64,000 nucleotides of DNA, from assembly GCA_004431415.1 (NCBI GenBank), contig QPMI01000085.1, positions 62,001 through 126,000 on the forward strand. Direction: 5' to 3'. Both the position numbers and the translations under genes were made by a program. Numbering within the stretch: position 1 is the stretch's first letter; each line of letters begins with the position of its first letter. The notes below the pieces were generated by a model. It ran no database searches, was not told the origin of the DNA, and was given only the letters and a program-made list of their open reading frames with translations. This document shows positions 9,901-24,900 of the stretch, piece by piece. The stretch comes from Cyanophora paradoxa CCMP329 (taxonomy: Eukaryota; Plantae; Glaucophyta).

Positions 9901-12900
9901 GAGAACATCACCGTCTTCATGAACAACAGCGATTGGCTTGGGGACTCAAGGATTGACCTATGGAACAGGAACAAGACCAAAAGCATCAACATGACTGTTG
10001 AGAAGTGTGCACTCACTGCTTCCCTTCTCCTTGAGTTTCTTTAATCTTTCTACATCACAGCGGCTGCATCGTCGTAACCGACCTCCTCAACGGCACCTAC
10101 CACGTCGAGTATACTCGTGCGCCGTTGAACCATGCACTTGCAGCTGAATTGCACAGCTTGACGCTGCAACGCAGCTGACACGGATGGAATCTACGTTCTG
10201 AGCATCAAGATTAACCACGAGCACATCGTTGGTTCACCACGGACAGTCATCATTCGTGGTTGGACCCGTGGCGAGGGCCCCAAGTTTCAGTATGGGCATT
10301 GGCACATCCGCAATGTTGACGCTGGCCAAAGTCTCGTGACTGGCAGGCCTGTCTCGTACCGTGTGGCATTCTACTCTGCTTTCTTCGACAGGAACCTGTT
10401 TGTGAACGAATCTTGGCCCATCATAAAAGGGTTCAACGACACAGGCGAGATGTACAAGACGCTGGACCCTGTGAGGCGCTACACTGGCGCCTCCATTTGG
10501 ATGCAGAGTGCGAATTCGCCTTCTCGCTCATACATGCTTATCTCTTTTTCTCACTCAAGAGCAGCATCCTCGCAACTGGAGTGCAAAATACCACGCACGA
10601 AATTCCAGTACAACATCAAGTCGGAAGACGAACAGGCACGGTTCCGGTGTGACATCACCTACAGTGGAAATATGACGGAAGACAATGTCACCGCTGCGAA
10701 CTACACTTGCCCTCAATACAACCGTGTGCAGTACGGCCCGCCGAGAGCTCCCATGTATCTAGTTCCTCTCCCTCCTTCCAATGATCCAGTTGCTGCCTTC
10801 CAGTACATAATCGGGTCCGCAGCCATGCATTGAATCGTTCCTTTTTGCACTCTTGACCCCCAGCACAGAGCGCCCAAATACGCGAGCCCTTATTGGAGCA
10901 ACTATCTGTCAATGCGTATGGTGCCGCACAAGTACCTTGCAGCGCTCGTTCTTTCCTGCACTGGCTGTGAACCCGCCATCAACTCAACGGACCCATCCAC
11001 TGGCTCCCCATTAAGCTACAACAACGAAACGATGGAATTCTTCCCAGAGTCTTTGGCAGGGAACTGTCAAATGCGGTGGAAGAAGGATTACTGGAGCTTC
11101 ATTACAGACGAGCACAACTTCCCCATCTCCACGGAGGTTGCAAACCTCACGACGCAGCACATCCCTGCATGCAATGCCAGCGAACTTGCTGATCTCAAGC
11201 GCGAGATGAACGATACTCTCGAACACTATGCTGCTGCCACGACCCCCCAGCAGCTTCGCCAGATGGAGATGCTCGTCTCAACTCTTCAGAGCCGCACAGT
11301 ATACATCGCTTGCAAGGACATGCTTGACCGCTTTTCGGTTTATGGTGCAAATCAAACGAAACCTGTGCCTGCCACAACGTTTTGCAACGAAACCGTTGGA
11401 ACATCCTCCTGGAGCGCCAATCCTTGCTGCAATCTGTCGTACGCCATTAACACTCGTTTCCTGTTGTGCTATGATTAAAAGCATGCTTGCAGGCGCCCCC
11501 AGTGCTGCAAGCCCCGCGAGGTCACAGCATCGATATTCTCGCTTGACAACCTGCACGGCTTGGAGCTCAACGTGTCATCGAGTCCTGTGCTTGCAGGACG
11601 GGAGGCCATCCAGGCGCATGCAGACAACGTCTCAGCAGCAGACCCTGCCATGGGATGCAGTGCAGCTACGCGGCGTGCACTTGGTGGGGACTCGGCAATG
11701 GTGTTCAACGAAAGGCTGCGTGTGTTCAACATTTGTGTCGTTGCGATATTTGGCCGCAAGAGCTGCTCTTTCGGCGGGCAGTGCTACTCTGGTCGCTGCT
11801 ACAACAACAAATGTGTTCCTCCTTCCATTCACAATGGTGCTGGCAGTGTGGAGTACGCAATGCAGAAGGTGCGCAAAACTGTGGTGCTGCACACGTTAAT
11901 GATATCAAAAATCGCTCGCAGTGCATCGAGGAAGCTTCGGATGACGAGATGTACATCGAGATCAAGACGGACCTGGGTCTTGCATTCAATGCGAGCTCTG
12001 AAGAGGTAGCTATGAAAATCCGCGATCAGGCCACCATCAACGAGTGCACGGGGCCTGGAGGCGACCCCTTCCAAATGCCCCGTGTCTACTCCCGAGACAG
12101 TGACGGCGATCTTGTCGTGGTTCGTAGTTGCAACCCATATTTGTGCCAGCCACCCACCAACTCATGTTCCTAGCTGAACTCGACCTTGATGGCATCTGGG
12201 CCAAACTCCGGCAATCAAACGTGCCCAAGTGCGACTAACTCTAACGTCACTGGAATGCCAGACTCGTGCACTGGCGAAGTCTGTGCGGAGTGCCTCGGAA
12301 ACTCAACTTGCAACTACTATGCACCAACCTGCCCGAGCACCCGGGAATGCTCCATTCCAGATGTATCTGCCGAGAACTGCAACAATGTCACCCAGTGTGA
12401 CGCGGATCATAGTTTGACCGATTGCCAATCTTCTGGTAAAATCAAATCTTGAAGTCTTCAGGCTGGTTTCTTGTCTCACGAAAACCCTGACAGGTTTCTG
12501 CATTGCTGCTTCGTTTGATCTACGCTGGACCGCGTATGATGCCTGGCCCCCTCCCCTGCTTTGTGATGTTGCTTTGACACCCTCTCCGTAGATCCGGAAC
12601 AGGATCGTGCACAGAGCCACACAAGTACAGTCCGGAGTTGATTCCGTACTGCGGGAAAACGATCTACTCGGGCCTCAATTCGGACTCCCTCATGACCCGT
12701 GCTGGATGCCTCACGAACGCAACAAGTTCCTCCCAGTGCTCACCAAATACATGGTTGCAGAGTGCTTCTGTGGGCACGTATGGCCGAGGAGGGCCAACGA
12801 CGGAGTCGGAATGCAGCAATCTGGGATTCATCTGCCGCCAGCAGTATGGCTCGTCATACTTCATGCGTCACAATGACTCGTCCAGTTTTCAGAATTGCGA

Positions 12901-15900
12901 GGCCTGCAACGGAACCGTGCAGTCGGCATTCAAGTGGGTTCCATCGCGGCCTTTGGTTGGCAATCTTCGCAATCTTTCCACAGTCCCGGCATCCATCGTC
13001 ACAACGACGAATTCCACCGTTATCAGTCTTCCTATTTTCTATGGAATTATCCGGAGAGCAGCCGCCCAGCTCTTGCAGCGGCGCCTGAAGACTGATGGCC
13101 TCTGCCGGTTTGAGCCCTTACAAAAGGGCCACTTTGATTCAAGTGGCTGACTCATTCTCCAGACTTAACCCGAAGATTACAAGCTTCGCTAAAATTGCCT
13201 GTTCACTACCATACAACGCCTTCTGTGAGTCTGAGTTACCAAAACTGGCCAACACAACGTATGAAACACCCATTGCAAGTGGCCGTGCTTATCCGGGACT
13301 TCCCCTCACTCTGGCAGTGCGTGCTGTGCTCTGATCTTGTAGCTCCGTGATCTTTGAGAGATCTTTTCAGAGCATGGGTGTAACGGTTGAGATTGGTGGC
13401 AATGTTGTCCCACCTGGTCTCCGTTATTTGGACATCTCGTTGAATCATGTTTCGGCATCATCTCAATTTCATCATCTCAATGTTTCTATTATCTACGGCA
13501 TAGGTGACTACACGGAGTATGACAACAGCTCGTACACGGCATTCGGGCTGCAGGAATATCTCGATTACAACATCACGCTGCATCCCCAACTGGAACCGCT
13601 GCGGAGGACGCCCTACCCCATATATGAGCAGGATCAGCGCACAGGCGAGGTCGTTGGCGATGGCGTGAGACTCGATCTTGGTGGCAGCAATGTCTCCAGG
13701 AATGTTCGCCTCTGCATTGCCCGGCGACCCGACATCCACCGTCTGTCTTCCACGCTCGTCCCAACGCTGAAGGGGCCCATCGTTGGGGACCCTCCGATGA
13801 AGTTCCTTGACCTTGGCGCAACCGATCCCCGCATGGGAAAGCTGGACCCACGCTACGAAGTGCCCGATTTCGCCATGGGGGAAGCTGACGGGCGCCCCTC
13901 CCGCCCAATGATCCTCGACACCATCGAACACTTCCCAGACAAGATTTGTGGCTGGGTCAACAAGACCGCCATATACTACCCAATCATGCGGAGCCCATGG
14001 CGTTTCAACGCAACTGCGTATGGGCCAAACAAGTACTTGGCAACTGCAGGAGTGAATGCGAACTTTACCCTTCGTGCGTCTCATCATCCCCTTGAATCTG
14101 TTGCGAGAACTGACATTCATCTCCTACTGCAGAAAGCCGTGACTACTTCCTGCGGTGCCTTGGCTTCACCCTGTTTTTTTTCCTGTGTTGCGGTGTTGCT
14201 CACCCGTTTGCAGGAATCGTACGGTTGGCGGCAAAGATGGCGCAGTGTACAACTGCACTCTGAAGCTCCAGGGGACGCCGCCGAATGCCCGAGACGCGAC
14301 ACTCAAACGTTATCCGTGGGAACACCAGGCCGAGATCGTTGACCTTCACGACGGGCGCTACCAAGTGAGCTTCAACACACGTGTTGCAGGAATCTACACC
14401 ACGGCGTGCTATGTGCACTTCAAAGATGCCTGGTACCACATTGTTGAGTCCCCGTGGAACACGTACGTGCAGGCTGCACCCACCACGGCCATCACAACGA
14501 ACTCCTCCGGCCCGGCTCTCCTCAACTTCGTGAACTACACAACCCCCGAGCAGGAGAGCCTGCGCATGGAGGGACGGCTGAACTGCATCAATGTAACGGT
14601 CAACGTGACTGGAGTGAATGGAAACACCACCGAACGGGTGCAGCAGAACTGCACCCGGGTGCCTCTGCATTCGTTCTACCAGGAAATCAGAGGAGTTCCC
14701 GGCACTGTTGTTGCCGGAACCCTGGGAGTTTTTAAGACACAGGCGCGTGATGAGTTTGGAAACTTCCAAGATCATGCGAGGGACGTACTGGTGTTCACTG
14801 TCGACAAGGGGCCCGAGCTGGATTTCACCAACTGGAACCTCCGCAGGGTTAATTTCACAATCCCCAAGGATTTCACCAGCCCATTCAACAAGACACAGTA
14901 CAACACAACGATTTTCCCGGGCACTCCTGAATATGATATGTCTGTTGACGTCAACCCCCGTGTGACATTCAACAATCAGCAGCCAATCTTGCGCCCTAAC
15001 GTTTCTGTGTTTGATGCCTCGGCTGGCTACGGCCGATGGAACATGACGTTCAATGCAACAGTTGCCGGCCTGTACACGGTCACGTTACGTGTAAATGGCG
15101 AACAGGTGATGCGTGGTGGCGACATCATGCGCTCGCCGTACAACATCACAGTGCTCCCAGCGGAGCCACACGCCCCAACAACGTTTGCTGAAGAGGAGGG
15201 TACAGTCTTTGCCATTGCTGGTACCTACGGGCCCGTCATCATCTACGGGCAGGACCGATTCCAAAACCTCCCAATGCGTGCTGACGCGAGTTTCAATATG
15301 TCCCTCTATGGGCCCAGCAAGAACGTGACCCGCCAGCGTGGAAGTGTGAACGGGACATGCATCGAGCGTGGGCATCTCCCGGGCGTGTTTGACTGCCAGT
15401 ACAACGCCACTGTCACTGGAAACTACACCATGGACCTTCTACTGCATGGCCGGGAGCACATTCGGGCCTCGCCATACTCAGTCTGGATCTACCCGAGTGC
15501 GTCGCGATTCTTGTGGATCGTTTCTTCCTACTGACTGTTCTCACAGATGAAACCGATGGCTCCCGCACCACGTTCAATGAACCGGAAGCGCTTGTTGCAA
15601 AGCTTGACGCAGGCACGACGATCTCGTTCAGTGCTCGTGCACGTGACGCGTTCGACAACTATCAAAACAACAGCCGTGACTTTTTACGAATTGTAGTCGT
15701 TCAGGAAAATGCGACATCCTGTTGTGCCCAAGCGATCGATGCTGCAACCATCGACCCTGGCGATACCTGCCTGCGGCACTTCCCGACAAGATGCCCTTAC
15801 TCGATCAGGCCGAGTGGAAACTACTCGCGCCCCACAGGCTCCAACGACTACGTCCACTCGTATGTTGCAAGCGACATCCGTTACGAGGAGGGTGTGGATG

Positions 15901-18900
15901 GTGGTCTTTATCGGTTCACATTCACGCCAACTGTGCGTGGCAGAAAATAGCACTTGTAGATTAGCACTCACTCTCATTGCAGGTGGCTGGAGTTTACAAA
16001 ATCTACGTTGCGATGAATAGTCGAAATGCAACAACTGGCCCGCTGACAACAATTGTGTATCCCAAGCGTGCGTCGCCTCCTTAATCTCTAAATATTGCGG
16101 GCTCACTCTCCAGTCGCTCGCAGAGGGCACCACGGAGTTCGATATCTCCAAATGCCAAGCCTGGGGCAGTGTTCTCGACCGTCGCTCCGGGAAGAGGGCC
16201 GAGGTCGCCTCGCCATGGAACATCTATGTCAATGTGTCTGATACATTCTGGAATATCCGGCCCATCGATGTAGCAAGCCCCAACAGCACAGCGACCATCG
16301 CAAGGCTGAAGGCAGTCATGTATCCACTCTCTGATCTTTCAAAAACTCCACGCCCTGACAATCCCACAAATATTGAGTGTACGTACAGTCGACTCTGCAA
16401 GCAAACGCCACCATGATTGCTAATAGCGAAGTGCAGATGACTGGAGCACAGCTTACTATCTGGTCAACTTTTACGAAGAGCGGCGAGGCTTCTACCTGAT
16501 TGACGTAACTCTGGATGGGCAGCCCCTCGTCGGCTCACCATACACGGTTGAAGTTGTGCCCCCACGGACGAGCGCATTCGCCACAACTACGATTGATCCC
16601 GCTGCTGCGGCGACTGCTGAGACTGCGCGGCCGAGAGCGCCCCCATCTTACCTGGTGGCTGGTCGCACGGAATCGATCATTGTCGTTCCGCGGGATATTT
16701 TCTTAAATCCCACTACAAATGTGACAGACGAGAATGCGCTCTCCGACATTGAGAAATCAGATCGAACTGGTGCGGCTCTTGCTCTCCCCGGTGTCGGTGT
16801 CGAGTTCAGCCTGTGGATCGAGATTCGTGACCGAGGAGGGCAAGAGGCCAGCAAGAAGCGCTGGCGGTGGACCCCAGCTGTTCTTTGGGATGTGCCGCAA
16901 TCCGGCGGAACGCTCACAGGCAACCAGCGAATGTACAACATGAGCTACACCGTTGAGGATGCCGGAGAGTATGGTATATATGGTGTTGCCAACATTACAT
17001 GTCCGCAAATCAGAACATTGCTGCAGATTTACGCATCTTCATGCGAATCAAGGGTGGTGATCCAGTGGTCATTTGCCTTCACATTCCAGGCGTGAATGAC
17101 TGCTCCTACAAGGTCAGAAGAGGAAGTCCGTGGCCAACAGCAAACAGTGCGCTCAAGATCACTGTCATTCCAGGTAAGGAAAAGGAAACATCCAGGTTTA
17201 TTGTGCCATGCAGCGCCTTGGTCGAACTAATGTTGGTTTTCCAGACTTTCCCGATGGCTCCAAGTCGCTTTTGCTCTCACCTGTGCCGACACGTGTTGTT
17301 GCTGGTGACTTCGTCGCGTTCTCTGTCTCGGCCATCGATGCCTACGGGAATGTTATCCGCTGGGGAGATTTCGACCCAGAGAATGCGAACAAGGTCATCC
17401 GCCTTCTATGTTCGTTGTACTCTGCCGATATTGACATTCTTTGCAGACCCAAGACGCAAATGGGGCACTCATTCCACGCTGGTACACCTCCAACAACCGC
17501 ACGGACCCAACTTTCTTCTGGGCTGCAGCACGGCGCGACGCCCCTGACTTCTTCGGGAATGATGTTCTTGTCACTGCTGGTACTTGGGGCCAGAATGTCT
17601 TTGACTGGCGGAACGGAACTTACACATGTGCGTTAGAGCCGTTAGAGAGGATTAGAAAGTGGCACGGATTGACCTTCCGCACTCTGCGCAGTGCGCATTA
17701 ACGCCACGAGAGCTGGGATGTACACAGTAAATGTCGGGCGTGGCTCCGCAATCCGAGGTGGAGCGACCGTGCAGGGCAGCGGCTTCCGCATCAAGGTCGA
17801 GCCTGGACCGATGAGTCATCTTGGAACTGTCATGCTTGGTGATGGCGATCCCGAAAAGCCATTCTACTTTGGTAACGGGTGCGTCTGGATCCACTCGTCC
17901 TCAAGCAATGACATTTCCAACACGTGCCAATCTTAGGTTGACGACGCTCTGCAACGCCCAGTACCTGGGGATTGACGACGACGCATACTTCACCATCTTT
18001 GGTCGCGATCGCTTCGAGAACGATGTTGAAACAACAAACGACGCCCAGAATCTGCGTGTAAACATTGAATTCAACAATACGATCATCTCGTCAAATGTCA
18101 CCAACGGAACCGTCCCTGGACGATACATTGCGCGATACACGCCACAGACGAAAGGTCGCTACCGGATCACGACCTTCCACAATGGTTCTGCAATCCTCCC
18201 GGGTTCCGTTACAGCTTGCGTTTGGTTTCGTCCGTCTCTTTTTTGTATTTATTTCTAAAGCTGAGCACTCATCAGCAACACAGAGAATGCACCTAGCATG
18301 AAGTTGGCCAAGCTCAGTGACTCGGCCTTCAATTTGACGATGTTCGTGCTCTTGCGCTGCCCATCTTTCAAATTTCATGTTCTTCCTGCGCAGCATCTTC
18401 AGCAACGACACCGATTTGGCGAGAAGACAATATCCAGAGCTCCCTGATATCTTCGATTGCAATGTTGTGCTCGAAGAGGCCTCAGTGGCCACTCTGGGAC
18501 GAGGGGCGCAGTGTTCCTGGCTCTCGCGCCGCGCGTTGGACATTTCGATTGGTGGACAAGCCAATTTCACTGTCCTCAAGGTTAATGCGAACGGCACGGA
18601 GGGAAGCACACAGACAACGGAGCTGGTCCTGAAAGAAAAAGTCATTTACGGCAATTATGTGCGTAGTTGGCGTGATACGTGCTTGACATGGCTGATCAAA
18701 TCGGCAGAGAGCTTCGGAGTATGCTGCCGGCAGTTCCCGAATTCTGTCTCCTGACAATCCCCCGCCTATCCTTCTGGGCGTCGGGGTGCTGCCTCTTTCG
18801 TGTTGCTATCTGACCGAAAGTTGACAATAGCGACACGCAGGCCCCGCGGAGTATCGGAGCTTGTGCCGGTGCACCGCTCACATCGTTTGTCAATCCGGAG

Positions 18901-21900
18901 GCTGCCCTCAGCCGCGCGTGGACAAGCATCACGTGGACACTGAAGGCGGTGGAGTCTCTCCCTCTCAACGCCAGTAGGAAGACGAAGCAGCACGAGGATT
19001 CGGAGATAAGGATAGGAAGGCTATTTGCGGAGAAGAGTGCAGTCGCAGCAACCGATTTCGAGATTCCATCGAGTCTGCTAGCCGAGAATGCCCGGTACAG
19101 CATATCCGTGCGCTATGAAAACTTCATCGGAAAGTACAGGGAAGAGCCAGCAATCGTGCGGCGCTTGTGTGTCACTCGTGGAGTCTGACATCGATCTGAT
19201 CGCCCGTGTTCCTGAGCAGATGACGAAGACCGACGAGCTGCTGCCGGAAGTGCGCATCCTTGACCCTCTGCAGATTGTAAAACGCAGTGAGGGCGTGAGG
19301 ATCGTAGCCGATGTCAACGGCACTTCGTGTCCCACAAACGTCACCAGCATCCCGTTCGTCTCTTGCTATCGATTCCACAAGGAATCAGCCACCTGACTTA
19401 AGGCTGCAGGACGATTCTGTCCAGGTGGGAATTGCGGTCGGCAACCTACTCCAACGGCGACCACATGCTTGTCAGCGAGTACAGCAACAACGCGACCGCG
19501 AATGCGAGGGAGCAGCTGGCTCCCCTTCTGGCCGTTCTGGCTAAGAAGAGCGGCGCCCTGTCGCCATCGCTTTTCATCCCAGCGCGTGTTCTAGGGCCCG
19601 GTGCAAAGTACGAATTCCGCCTGAATGTTACCGTGATCCGGGCGGGTGGCAACTTCTCTGCGGAGGCGTTCTCAAAAATCGAGGTGACGACGTCAAACCT
19701 GATGGTGAAGGTCGCGGGCGGCGACAAGTCCGTCTCTGCCTCCCAGCCCTTCGTGATGCAGGCCATTCCACTGGACCCCGATGACGATGTGTCAGCGACG
19801 AGTTACGAGGGGGCGATTTTTACATGGTCGTGTCGCACTATCCGTTTCGTCCAGGACCGGAACATTCTTCTCAACCAGAACTCTACCGACGTCATTGTGC
19901 CGGAAGTGGTCGAGAACGTGTGCCGTGGGCGGGATGGCAATCCTGCGCCGCAGTCGACGCGGTACGGCAACGATACACTCGAGTTCCCCAAGAATTACTT
20001 CTTCCCGAGCAAGGAGAACGAGGTGTTGGAGTTCACCGTCAGCATGACGAAGACGAGCTCCTACTGGCGCCTCGCCGCCCGCAGTCCCGCTACTGCCACG
20101 GCTCGCGTTCAGATTCTCCCTGGGGACGCCCCCACGATCCAGATCTTGGTGGAGAGCCCCGTCCAGGCGCAGGCCTCGGGCATTATTCGTGCCGCCGATC
20201 GCCTCGTCGTACGCAACGCCGCTGGCTCCCTGTCTGCCGACTCCCCTTACGGTCTCTGCAGCTGCTGGCCTACGTGGAGCAGTTCACTGGCACGCGCACG
20301 TACCGTTGGAACTGCACCGTGAACGGCAACCATTTTGATCTCAGCAGCGTGTGCCCCGGCCCGCAGGCCATGTCGTTAGCCCGCCTCACCAAGCTGCAGA
20401 TCGCGCTCAACGGGGCGACGACGGACTCCTACCTGACGATTGAGCCAAACAAGCTGCTGCGCGGGTTCACATACCGCTTCCGCGCCGAGGTTACCGACGA
20501 CAACGCCAACCCGGGTCCGCACTAGCCGCCCCGTCTCCCCTCTGATTTGCCAATTATGCTTTGCCAGCGTATTCGGAGCGGGAGATCGAGATCAACACGC
20601 CGGCGCGCTTCTGCAACATCTTTTCCTCGCCGATGTCGGGCGTCGCTCTACAGACAACGTTCTTTTTTGACGTCCGCGACTGTGTCACCAAGAGCAAGCT
20701 CCGGGTCCGCTGCGCACGGACCCGCGCCCCGCCTGGCGGCTGAAGCCCCCACGCGCAGTACCGCTTCCGTGCTAACTACGACCCGAGCAACGTTGGGAGC
20801 GCGACCGAGACCCTCGGCCTGGGCGACAACTCCGCCATCCTGCCGTGCGCCGTGCAGGGCGCGAGCCGCTGCCGCGGGGGCCGAGTGTTGGGCACAGGTT
20901 CAAAGCGAGCGCGTTGGAGCCGGGCAAGCAGCAGTTGGGCGATATTTACCCGGTCAATATTACCGCCATCGTCTTGGACGACCTGGTACGCCGCCGTCCG
21001 CCTGTCCAGTGAGAGGGCTGCTGTAACGGAGCGTGCAGGACGACGAGGCAAACTTCACGTTGCGCATCTCGGTGGCACCGACGGCGACCTTCAACATCAC
21101 GGACGTCGAGAAGTACGTCGCGATGATCGGCATCACTCAGCTCACCTCCGGGGACCCGGGCACTGTCGTACAGGTGCGGCCGCTGCCGCCCCGCCGGCCC
21201 CGGGCGTGACGCGGCGCAGATGATCTCCGTCGTCGTGGGCGTGCTGAACGACGCCCTCGACGCCTCGACGCCCTCAAATCTGGGATCGGTCGTGGAGCGG
21301 GAGGAGATCCGAGAGGACGTGATGAAGGCGCTGGAGTCTGCGATCGACGCGATCGTGGGAGACAACTTCGCTGTCACGCCTGCCTTCATGGAGCGGCAGG
21401 GCGCCGTCGTGACGGCGATCGTGAACAAGACGGAGGAGGTGACGCCTACGGCGGCATATGCCGGCATCCGCATCCTCGATAAGCTCGTCAAATCGCCCGC
21501 CATCGACGTCAACGTTGAGGCCGGGATCTCCTTCCTCCACGCCCTCTCTGCCCTCCTCAACGTCACCGACACCGCCCGCAAGAACCCCTCCAACAGCACA
21601 ATCGTCAAGGTCTGCCGGGCCGTCTTGCATCGCCCTCCACCCCACCCCACCCCCACCCCCACCCCCACCGGCCCCCCACCCTCACCTCACACACACACAC
21701 AACGATGATGTTCCACGGCGCAGGCAACCGACGTCGGGGGGCTGAATGAATTTGTGAAAGGAGGCCAACAGAGTCTCCACCGTGTCGTCACCGTTATCAC
21801 GGGCAAGATAGCAGTCTCGATGCCTCCCAATGGACCCCCGATCACAGTCCGTCCTGCCGTATTTTTTCGCCGCATTCGCCTTTTCACCACCATCGCCACA

Positions 21901-24900
21901 TTTGCCTTTTCCGGGCCGTCCCTGATGCGCCCGTCGCAGATCACGAGCTTCTTTATCGCCGTCACTGCCCGACGCCGTACGCGGTCCCGCACGAGAATTC
22001 CGACCTTGCGGGCTGACCCACGGCGCAGAGACGGCGGACGCTTTCATGTCGGCGCCATCGTCGCTGGTGGCGCCGTCGAACCCTTCAAGCACGACCCTGA
22101 AGCCGAACCAGAAGCCGACGACGGTGCAGTTGCCGTCCAACTCGATCGTGTCGAACAAGAACCAGCGAAACCTGCGCCTGCCCAACGGCCGCGTGCTGCT
22201 GGTCCTCGAGCCGCTCTCCGAAGCGGCCGGCGGCTTTGGCGTGGCGGCGGGCCAGCCGGCGCGGCGGCACCGCGCGCTGGCAGACGCGGCCTCGCGCGAG
22301 GTGCAGTTCGTCTGGCTGCCCGCGGACCTGGACCTCCTTCCGCCCAAGATCGTCCCGGAGCCCGAGACGCCCGGCCCGCACCTCGCCACGCGCTCCGTCG
22401 CCCGCCGCGCCAACGTGCCCCAATGGTACGCTCCGCCCCGCCCCACCGGGGGGGGTGGGCGGGCGGGGGGCTCAGGCGGGGCGCAGGGCGTGCACGCCGC
22501 GGCAGGTGGACGGGCAGGCGACCTTCTCGAGCGAGTTCTTCGAGTTCCTCCTCGTGCGTTCACCGTCCGCCCCGCTCCCGAGCCCGCCCCCGAGCCCGCC
22601 CCGCAGGACCCGCACGGCTGGACTGGCATGACCCAGACCTATACGTGCGCCCACAGCGCCTCCGGGGCCGCGGGGCGGTCCGCTTATAGCACGCAGGCTT
22701 GGGGGCCCGGTCGCGGGGCTGAACCTGCACTACCGTCCGTCTGGAGCGCCCGAGTCCGCAGTGAGGTTTTGGACGGAGCAGACGACGTGCGGCGACTCGT
22801 ATAAGTTCAGCTTCGAGTGCTCCGCCGCGCCCGCTCTCAACGCCACTCGTGCGCGCCCCACCCGCGGGGCCCCGGCGCGCTCCGACGGGGCGCAGCGTCA
22901 TGCGAGTTCTTCAACGAGACGAGCAACACGTACCGGCCCGAAGGCGTCATCCTCCTCAACGCCACCGCCGACGGGACCTGCACTTGCGCCGTCCGCCCGC
23001 CCCGCCCCGCCCCGCCTGCCCGGGGCCCGATGGCGGGGCGGCGCGCAGGCCACGCACCTGACGGACTTTGCGGTGCTGCTGCGGGACCCCGGCGTGCAGT
23101 ACTCCAACCGCGTCCCCTTCGACAAGTGCGCGGGGGGCGGCGGGGCCGGGGCCGGGGCGGGGGCTGGGCGTGACGGGGCGGCAGACCGCGGCTGGTGCTG
23201 GACGCGTTCTACCAGGGGAACACGTACGCGCCGTGGATCGTCGGCTCCATCTACCTCCTCTACCTCTTCTTCGCCTTCGTCGGCTACCGCGTCCGCCCGC
23301 CCCGCCCCGCCCCGCCCCGCCCCCGCCCCCGACCCCCGACCCCCGACCCCCGCCGGCAGTGGGACCGCAAGCAGCGCCTCCGCTGGAAGCTCCGCCTCCT
23401 GCACGGGCCCGACGTGCGCCCTGCCGTCCCCCCGCCCCGCTGCGCCGCCTCAGGCCGCCGCAGGCCGAGCTCCTCGACCCCGACGAGAGCAAGGCCGCCG
23501 CCGCTCGCGCCCGTGCCAAGGACCCGGCCGGCGAGCCCGGCGCCGCGCCGGCCCTCCTGCCCCGAAGCCCAAGTGGCGCGTCTTCGGGCGCTCCTTGGAG
23601 GCCGCGGCGAAGAAGCCGGCCGCGGGGCGAGTAGGGCTCGGGCGCGGTACCTCACGCCGGCGGAGCGCTGGGAGCTGGTGCGGGGCGCGGGCGGGGGCGC
23701 GGCGCGGCGGGGCGGCGACGCGGGGCGCAGGTCCGGTCGAACCGGGAGCTGGCGGGCCTCTTCCTCACGCACCGCCAGCGCATGCGGCTCCTCCTCGCTG
23801 ACCCCGCCCTCGCCACCGCCGGGCCCCTCCGCCGCGTCCGCCCCGCCCCGCCCCGCCCCGCCTCGCGGCCCTGCCGACGGGCGCGGCAGTGGTACGAGGC
23901 GTGGCGGCACGAGCTGGCGGAGCGGCACATCGTGCTCGGCATCTTCCTCGTGCACCCGACGGACGCCTTCACGCGCCCGCGCCGCCTCACCGTCCTCCTC
24001 TGCGCCCTCACCGGCTGCCTCGCCCTCTCCGCCGTCCGCCCCCCGCCCCGCCCCGCCCGCCCCGCCCCTCACACCCCCCGCAGATCTGGTTCGGCTCGCG
24101 CTGGCCGTCGCACGGGCCGCCGCCGGCTGACGGGTACCCGACGCCGGCGGTGGGCGTGTGGGTCTCGCTGTGCCTGGCGCCCGTCTACTACGCGCTGGCC
24201 TTCCTCTTCCGCCGCGTGCACCCGCGCATCGCGCGGCGCGTGGGGCCCGTGCCCCCCGACCTCACCGCCGACGCCTTCGTCGCCGCCCCGCGCCGCGTCA
24301 AGCCCCTCCCCGCCCACCCCGGCCTCCTCCTCACCCGCTCCCGCCACGCCGGCGAGGCCATGGCGCCCCGCCCCGCGTCGCCGCCGGCGCCCCGCCGCCC
24401 CTCGGCCGCCTGCGGGCCCGCGTGGCGGTGCAGGTCTCGCGCGCGGCCGCGCGCCCGGTGGCGTTCGACGCGGGGCGGGTGCCGGCGGCGGTGAACGAGG
24501 CGGTGGTGCGGGTGCAGGCGGTGTGGCGCGCCTCGCGCGTCTGGGCCGCCCGCTCCGCCGGCGCCCTCCACGCCTTCCAGCCCGAGTGGCCCTCCAGCCC
24601 GACGGCGTCAAGCACCGGCCCTACATCCCCGCCCGGCCCCGGCGCCGCGCCCGAAGCCGTCGGGGGCGGCGCGCGTGGGCCCGCGGCCGCCGCCGCTGCC
24701 GGAGGGCCTGGTGGTGCGGCGGGCGCAGGCGGCGCGGGGCTCGCGGGAGGGCCTCGAGGAGCCGGAGCGGGCGCACTCGCCTGAGCCGTCGGACCCGAAG
24801 CGGCGGCCCTCGGGCCTCCCCGGCGAGCTCGACGCCGGCTTCGGCCCGAGGGCCCCCACGGCTCCCCCGCCTCCCCCGACCCCGCCTTCGCCCTGCCCCG

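Noticed and set aside
13126-13175. Apparent non-canonical GG donor in the giant gene
   Set aside because: A canonical GT-AG intron at 13108-13162 restores the frame.
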